DNA of 62,243 nucleotides, counting the filler, from Platydemus manokwari (Eukaryota), in assembly GCA_037951405.1 (NCBI GenBank). It is 5 parts of 5 records of this genome, joined end to end, with 100 filler letters (N's around TTAATTAATTAA, not from the genome) between each part and the next. Parts side by side here need not be neighbours in the genome. Positions count along the whole stretch, not along the records: positions 52,002 to 62,243 come from JBBMOY011154771.1; 4 more parts are not named here. The stretch is one strand, 5' to 3'. The notes beneath the pieces were generated by a model, which worked only from the letters and a program-made list of their open reading frames with translations, ran no database searches and was not told where the DNA came from. Shown here piece by piece: positions 54,600-62,243 of the stretch. The translations under genes and the position numbers were made by a program. Numbering within the stretch: position 1 is the first letter of the stretch; the number at the start of each line of letters is the position of its first letter.

Positions 54600-56450
54600 T
54601 AAAGTAAATGAAATCACTTTAGTAATGATAATAATAGGAGTAATGATAACCAGTGTAACCACAATGATTGTGATGTTCCTATATTACTAGTGGTACAAAT
54701 CAGTCTGTTTGAGGAATCATCAACACTTGGAAATTTTGCTCATAGCAATTACTGAAAAGGAAAATAAACATAGATGTATACAATATAATAGTATTAAAAT
54801 ATCAAAATCTTTGGTTATCAATCTTATGTACAATAGGTGCACATAGTATAATAAAACGTTGGTAATGAAATTTTTAATTAATAATAAAAAACAATGTATA
54901 TATTAGTCATTCCAATAAAGTCGAGGAATAAAATATTTGGCAAAAAATAATAGTGGGAATAAATTTTTAAATATTAAAAATTAAGTAATAAAAAATAATT
55001 CATTCAAATATCCTAAGTGATGAGAAACACCCCCGAGAAGAAAGACCAATCAGAAAACACACAATAATTAATTAACCAAAAGGAAAAAAGGAAACTTAAC
55101 CAACAAAGTTTCGCCCTTACAACCCTATATAAACCCATTGGCCTGACCAAAATTGTTATTTGGGAATTTCAATTAGCTAATGAAATGATCTTAATTAAAG
55201 AAATAAAAAGTATCATAAGATACTATCCCACAAATCCGCCACAAAAGAAGACAGAAGAATTCGGAATGAGAAGTTATTATGATTTGGCAAATACCAAAAG
55301 TGTAGAAAATGAACGGCTATAAGCAAACAAAGTTGGACCAAAAGGAAAGTTCATGCTTAATGATCAACTGGAGTCCTACAACACAGCAATCATAATTCAA
55401 TGGAAGACCGAGGAAATTAACCTAGAGCCATTTTTATCGACTCAAATATATTTAGAAAAAGTTTATCATACAAGCATAAAATTCGACCAAATTCGATTGA
55501 CTTTATCAGACTGACCAGTAGTGATTATGATAGAACAAATAAACAAAAATCAGAAACCACTGATGGAATCCAGAAAAACTAAAAAATTCAATAGACAGCC
55601 AAGTGAAAATTCATTTCAATTATTTGAAAAGCCAGTTATAATTTTGTGGGAAGTCACAAACATTAACGGCTTAAGAGGATAAACTATTTCTTATATCACG
55701 ACGCAAATATGGCCACTGATTTCAACGAAGAAAAGTATCGTGTTAGAGTCAGTTTAAGAAGATACAACGGCCAAATAATTCTTGAGAAAATGTTACCTCA
55801 TAGCAGAAATCAAACATTATTATGCTGCTATGCATATGATGCAGAAGAAACAAAACAGAAAGTGAATGAACTATCTTTATGGGAAAACATAGTTGGCTAT
55901 CATTTGAAAGATAAAATTCGAGTATTAGATATCATAATGGAATAATTAATGGGGATTCGAGACATCCAAGAATCAAAAGCCATCAAAAGGATTATACAAA
56001 GTGATGAACCGACAACGGATTTAAAATGTATCTATTTTAAATTGTTTAACAAACCATTCAAAAAGAAAGAAAACGATAGTAAAAAAAAGAGGCTGTCATC
56101 ACAATTTACCAAGATTTAGTAGATCAATGGCAAGACGACAATTTTTATTGCTCAGAATACCGATACACAAGAAAAAGAAGACTGCGAGTCACAAATACTA
56201 TGCATACTCACTTGAGCTTATCGAATAAGGATGAGTGAGGTGAAAATGATTAGAGATCCTGAAAGGATATAAATAATACAGTCTGCAGAACAAAATATTT
56301 TGAAAGAGAAGCGCGAGAAATTCTGGAGAAAGTATATCGTAACGTGTAATGATAAAATGAGACAATTCGGAAACAAGCAGGTCCAACATCAATAAGTCAG
56401 ACAACTGAAGAAGGCCGACAAAATTATAAAAATGAATGACTTGAAATGTA
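54600..56450 (+). pseudogene. Degenerate extra coding region downstream of the Gypsy integrase (possible env-like ORF)
   Basis: Same A-rich coding-like strand bias as pol. It begins with a hydrophobic stretch ITLVMIIIGVMITSVTTMIVMFL (about 54613-54681), has scattered Cys, and includes residual ORF 55709-55945. Confidence 0.45.
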
Positions 56451-56549
56451 TATGAATAACATTTTTATTATTCACCAATAATATATTTTTACCTGGAAAA
56501 GTTAATCTGGTTATATAGTTAAGAAGTATAAAAATAATAATGGTTATAG

Positions 56550-57160
56550 AATAAAATAATTATGATTATTGTAATAATAAATAACTAATAATTGTAATAA
56601 TAAATAAAACTGTAATAACCAATAAATAATTTTCCCCCAAGTCGCATGAAATAAAATAGTTAACATTTATTTCACCCTGCAACAAAATAATCTCTATTCA
56701 TAAAATTCTATTGAATAGAATTAAATAATAACCCATATCTGGCTCGGCAACAAAACCCGATTGTTAAAATATTCTAGTGAATAAAATTAAATAATATCCT
56801 TCTGTGAAAAATAACAATAACAGATTTTATTCAATGGATTTTATTCTAAGAACAATAACCCTGAATAAATTAAATAATATTATTGAATTAAAATAATAGG
56901 CCAGCATTAATAAAATGGAAATTACCCTCAAATAAGTAATAGCATAAATAGGCTAACAACAGTTAGTTGCTCGAACCGTCTGTTACAATTAACAAGCCCA
57001 TTATTAAACCCCTAGTAATAGCTAAATTATTCAAAAGCCCGTGAATCAAACATCAAGTCAGCTGAATTCCTCAAACATCTTAGACAATTATATGTGAATA
57101 ACTGGAAGATCATTTTGATATTGATATTGTTTTGCGAAGATTGTCCAATCCAACGCTAAC
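56550..57160 (+). repeat. AT-rich internally repetitive tract; possible 3' LTR of the Gypsy element
   Basis: Repeated AATAAATTAAATAATA and AATAACC units follow the coding remnant. No partner 5' LTR is visible (the element starts at a gap). Confidence 0.3.
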
Positions 57161-57955
57161 ATGAAGATCAGTAATCTTTCATCAAAATGTTCGATAAAAT
57201 TATCACCACCAGTATTAATGCATTACCCTTTGGTAAGGTGCAATCGAAGCAGTTAAAAATTTTAAATTTAGTAAATAATTATAAAATCTATAAATCAATG
57301 TCTAGAGACTCTTATACCGCCTATATACGTGAATTACAGTTGATCCAGGTGAAAGAATATCGTAACATTAGGCTCATCATTACTTGTGGGTCATTAGAAC
57401 TCAGAACACTGATAAGACTCAGACATTGCCAAAAAGGTGTCAATAAAAATAAAACCAAAAATAGATATAGACCCCAAAAATCAATAAATATATTGGAAGT
57501 AAAATAAAATTTAAAATATGATTATACGAGAAAACTCATCTTTTATATTTTCCAGTTGGTAAAACTAGTTATAAAATAGGTAGCAAAAGAATAGAAGAAT
57601 TAAATTCAGATACTTCTTCTAATGACTGCTTCTAGTGGCTTCTATAAAGGTCACCCAAGTCAATTGTTTATCTCCCCTTATATACTATTTTCTAGCTAAT
57701 GGATATATTCTGTCAGATTAATCATTTATTCTAATGCTTTCCTCTGGAAATAATTTTTTAGATTTTACTTTAAAGGGATTTAATTTATTTTAAAGAAGTT
57801 TATTTTATTTAGAGTAATGTATCGAATTTAAGGAATTTATTTAAAAATATTTTTTATTGATAAGACTTCTCTGGAATTATGAATTACAAATAAAATTAAA
57901 AGATCAAATAAATATTTTTGCATTTCTTATAATAAATGCTTTGACATCATTATTA

Positions 57956-58737
57956 CCGTAATCACCAAAGTATAATGCTCCCATTTTCGTCTCAAATTTC
58001 AACATTAAAAATGGGGGGGAGTATTATACTTGAGTATGTAAGAAAGATCTAATTGTGTAATGATTATGTAATAAGATAATTTTGTTTATTAACAATTTTT
58101 AAACGACAATCATTCTGAACCCCAACAAGCATGACTGACACACCAGAATTTAAAAAAAAGAGATCTTATTATGAAGCTTCCTTCAAGCTTGAAGTCATGA
58201 AGCAAATTGTAACTGGTCTTCTTCCAGAGAATTCACAATTCCGCAGACAAATGTCAGGTTGTGGAGAAAGCAGAAAGAATGTCTTATTGAGCTGCCAAAA
58301 ACTAAAAAAGCTTGCAGGGGCTTTCCAGCCAAGTACCCGGACTTGGAAAAAGAGCTCGTGGAGTGGGTAACCGACCAGAGATGCAATGGCTACATTGTCA
58401 CGATGCTTCATATCCAGCTAGAGGCTCTCAAAAGGAAGAGAGATCCAAGTTTCAAGGCTTCTCTAAATTGGGTCCACAGGTTCATGAAGAGAAATGGCCT
58501 AAGCCTAAGGCAGAAGACAAAAATCGCTCAAAAGCTACCTTCAGACCTTGATAACAAAGTAATTTCTGATTGAATTGCAGAAAATGTAATTGTCTGAAAT
58601 AAAATTTTATTCACAAAAAATCTTAAATTTTTAACAGAAAAATTTGAAAACTTAGGGGAGCGTTACACTTGGGTATGTCAAAAATACCAGTTTTTAAATT
58701 TAAAAGTAGGAGGAGCATTATACTTGGGTGATTACGG
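57956..58737 (+). mobile_element. Internally deleted pogo-type (POGK/Passer-like) transposon retaining DNA-binding domains
   Basis: 26-bp TIRs CCGTAATCACCAAAGTATAATGCTCC (25/26 match) with TA on both sides. ORF 58131 begins with a Brinker-type DBD (KRSYYEASFKLEV). The overlapping ORF 58259-58573 is a CENP-B/Tc5 HTH (YPDLEKELVEWV...FKASLNWVHRFMKRNGLSLRQKTKIAQKLP). The DDE domain is absent. Confidence 0.93.
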
Positions 58738-60215
58738 TATTAAACAATGTTAATATATGATTTTATAAATACAGAATCTCACCGTTAGATCTTCAGGTAG
58801 AATTCCAGATCCCCTACGCAAATGACCTTCTCTCCATTGGATCGTAATCACGTTGTTAGCTATTATCACTTCTTCTCTGTTGTGCAGCATTGTCTGACTT
58901 TGTATGTAAAAAATGTTCATACAATAGTTGTGATAACTACCTTATATTGGCAGCTCTGAGTCATTCGAAGATATTCTATACAATTATTATTTAATGCAAT
59001 GCATATATATTTAATGCGCTGAATTTTATTATGGCAGAAAAATTCTTTGTGATTAAATCCAATGCATGGATTTTCATCCTACAACAATTTTTTTTCTGCG
59101 AGATTATCTTGTTTATTGTGCACAATAATAGGTGAGAACTAATTTATGCTATCGCGCGATGATATATAAACGGTTATTTGTTAATATTATCTTAAATGCA
59201 AATTTATGACATGATACATTTTTTAATGGGTATTTTCAAATCTTATTAAGTTATTATTTTAATAAATATTATTAAATATTATTAAATAAAACTTGTACGA
59301 TAAATATTAAATAAACTGTAACGCCATATTAATTTGGATTTGTTTCTGCAAAACCCCCAGAATTTACATTAAAATATTCAATATTATTTCACGCAAAAAT
59401 TCAAATATAATCAAATTAAAAGTCTTTCAAATTGTTGCTAGCCTAGAACTTCAACATTAACCGACTTATGCTAACAAAAATACTTTAAAGTCTGAATATT
59501 TAATTAAAAAGTGAATTCAAGTAACGAGCACCTTAGATTTATTTAGCCACCAATTTTAATTAATAAAATTAGAACTACCAATCCACTATGAGAAGGTTTT
59601 CTCAAATCGTTAGTAGATTAATTGTAAATTATAAGATCTTATTCCATTAATCAATTCAAAAAACGAAATTTAAAAATGTATATTCATAAACAAATTCATG
59701 ATTGAATAACCAAATTTCAGATCAGCGATTTATTACCAAAATCAATTTAAACTTTTCTCGTTAAAAAAAAATTATCTCAAAATGATACGATTTGAATAGA
59801 TATGGTTTATTGGATTCCTTCACAATTATTCTTTCGGAAAAATAATTATCACTGCTTAATTTCTCATATAAAAACCATGAAGAAATAATCGATATTTATC
59901 TCAATTATTGATAATCGTGTAGGAATTGATGCGAATTTTCATCTGGTTTAAATCGTTGAATTTCAATGTAATCTGTTTGCCTGACACATCTAAATAATCA
60001 AGCACACAACTGAATGTCAGATTTGACACAATAGAATAATCGAACATAAGCGAGTTACTGGTTCAGAATTTATAATTATTAAAGACATATTATTAATTTT
60101 ATTTATTATGTAATCAGAATATGAAAAAAGGGTACAAAAATAATCAAAAAATTGTTTATTGATTCTCGCCATAATCGATTAATTGACTAATGAATAAAAT
60201 TATGTCCATAATTAA

Positions 60216-60549
60216 TTATAAAACGGTTTTGAAATGTTTCGAAAAATCAAAGTGAATCGGTCCATCTAAAATCGGTTGATCAACGAACTCAATGGAACAG
60301 TTTCCTTGACAATTGGCGCCTTCCAATTCAAATAAAACTATTTTATTCAATCCTTTCATTAATTTCGATTTTGGAACGAATAGAGTATACTGTGGACCTT
60401 TTGTGTTCCAATATCGTCCAAGATTGAAACCGTTCAAAACAGCAACACCTTTACTAAAATTTGTTGTCTTCAAAAATGTATCTTCGGGATTGGAATTCAA
60501 AGTGAATACCGATGAAAACCATCCGGCTTGAGTCGGAGCAACAATTTTG
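60216..60549 (-). CDS. Beta-galactosidase (GH35, GLB1-like), terminal exon
   Basis: CAG acceptor, phase 2. PEDTFL...FSKGVAVLNGFNLGRYW.TKGPQYTLFVP...GLNKIVLFELE is the conserved GH35 C-terminal domain. Stop at 60216-60218. Confidence 0.93.
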
Positions 60550-60603
60550 CTGAAACGGAATTTTTTGAAAATAATTTATTGTAAAATATCAGATCTCACT
60601 TAC

Positions 60604-60713
60604 ATTGGTGATATGATCGATTTGATATTGAGAATATTATCCGTTAAATTGATTTTGTAATGACTCCAATTTGATAATTGATTCCCATTCAGATATACGT
60701 TTCCAATTATACC
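60604..60713 (-). CDS. Beta-galactosidase (GH35) penultimate exon
   Basis: AAG acceptor; GIIGNVYLNGNQLSNWSHY matches the KGxxxxVxLNGxxLxxW motif. GTAAGT donor and a 54-nt intron, phase-compatible with the terminal exon. Earlier exons not seen in the window. Confidence 0.88.
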
Positions 60714-61933
60714 CTTAGTAAAATTAATGATTTTCAATTGAAAAAAATTAATTGAGCAATGAAAAATAGAAAACAAATTAATTTATTCGATATCAAATAA
60801 ACATTTATTAACGTTTATTAATAATTATTATCATCATTATCAACAATTGGTTCTTGAACAGAACTAAAAGTGATTATTAAAAACAAGACTTTAAAACTCA
60901 AGGAGCTAATCAGTATCCATAGTTACCTGAAATCGTTACAATCACTTAGTAGTTTGATGTACGGGCTCATTCATACGCAAAGAGTTAATATTTCTTACAA
61001 TTGCTACCGCTTAATGGCAACTTTTACACTCGGAGAGACATATTCGTATGAACATATCTACTAACAATATAATCGCTCGAGGCTTTATCAATGAATTGTT
61101 GTCAATATCAAAATATTATGGAACTGTACCACTCGCACGTGTATTAAAGTTGAAATCACAATATAAGTTATTCTTGTTGACTTCTGTCGAAACAAATATT
61201 TGAGTGTTTAATTTAAATTTTAATGAGCTCCTATATCCCAAAATTAGTTGGATTTTCATTGGTTAAATGATTTTGTTTTAAATTTAATCTTTATGATTCA
61301 CATATTTTGTTTACTTTTACTCAACTGTTTCTCGAATTATTTTTCCCATATTTATTTCATTATTAAAGGTTTATTCGACAATATTTGTCGAAATTAATCA
61401 TTTTTTCATATTTTAAATAATTTTTATGTGGATTTTTAGATTTTTTTGAATAATTCTGCGTGGTTTAATGTAAAATCAATATTTTTCTTTTAATGTAGGT
61501 AATTATTGATTGGTCTTCTTTATTGAGTGTCATATATATGCAGAAATAAAATAGAATTGATTTCCTTTTTTCAAAATTTTTTCCGTTTCCTTAAAAAATA
61601 ATTCTGATGATCCAGGTGAACCACGTGGTTCAGGTTGAGAATCCTTGTTTAAGTTCATAGATATCAATTTAATTTACTCTCAATTTAATTCGTAACTCTA
61701 TCTCCATTACTCTTTGTTATTCACCTTTCTTCAATAAATTTACGATTATTTTCAAAAAAATTTTCAATTTAAATTATATTTTAAGCCAGTCAATCATTCT
61801 GAAAATGGGGTGTTTGTTTGTTTAAAGCTAACATAATTTAAATATGCTAGTACTGCTAAACAAACAATGATAATTACAATCCATACAATAAACGTGTACC
61901 ACATTATTATTTATTTACTTAAATGTAAAACAT

Positions 61934-62243
61934 GGTTTAATTTAAGAATTGGGGTTCTTTGACCTACTTTTGTAATAATGAATTTTCGCGCATAAGATAA
62001 TTTTATAACTTCATTATATATAATTACGATGTTTGATTTATTCATATAATTCAGTTAATATCTCACTTTTTAGGATGTCTAATAGTGACAAAATAGTTTT
62101 AAAACCAAGTTCCTATTCTATTAATAAAACTTTTATATGATTATTTTTAAAGTTTTTAAATTAAATTTTTTTATAATTATAAATCGAGTTAGTTAATTAC
62201 AGATATGTTTAATAATATCATTGGTTATTTTTATAAAATAATT
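61934..62243 (+). mobile_element. 5' half of the ~600-bp MITE, cut by the window end
   Basis: Starts GGTTTAATTTAAGAATTGGGGTTCTTTGACCTA and aligns to about 23613-23920. Confidence 0.85.

Noticed and set aside
56550-56900. CRISPR-like or satellite array
   Set aside because: Units are short, degenerate, AT-only and irregularly spaced, in a eukaryotic context with no cas genes.

Overview
Very AT-rich, intron-containing animal genomic DNA. Composition, intron style and transposon content resemble a planarian-type flatworm, but this is inference. The window is five contigs joined by artificial 100-bp spacers (44 N + TTAATTAATTAA + 44 N), so adjacency across 11273, 26493, 35855 and 51902 is not guaranteed. 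Recognisable host genes: a complete four-exon SCYL1 pseudokinase/HEAT gene (+, 26768-32250, 688 aa); three phase-0 exons of a Cys-less ('Pro-loop') pentameric ligand-gated ion channel extracellular domain (-, 47556-51159) with no recognisable transmembrane exons downstream; the last two exons of a GH35 beta-galactosidase (-, 60216-60713); a kringle-domain exon and a possible terminal exon (+, 1196-2947); and one orphan calbindin/calretinin/secretagogin-family exon (-, 18960-19046). The rest is largely decayed mobile DNA: two internally deleted pogo-type elements, a TIR-bounded Tc1/mariner remnant, two mariner relics, a hAT relic, a four-copy ~600-bp MITE, two probable solo LTRs, a possible LINE relic, and a degenerate Ty3/Gypsy element with a long post-integrase coding remnant that may be env-like. 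No CRISPR, rRNA or tRNA was seen. I cannot demonstrate a truly new system; the best leads are the Cys-less pLGIC, the Gypsy extra ORF and the DNA-binding-only pogo derivatives.
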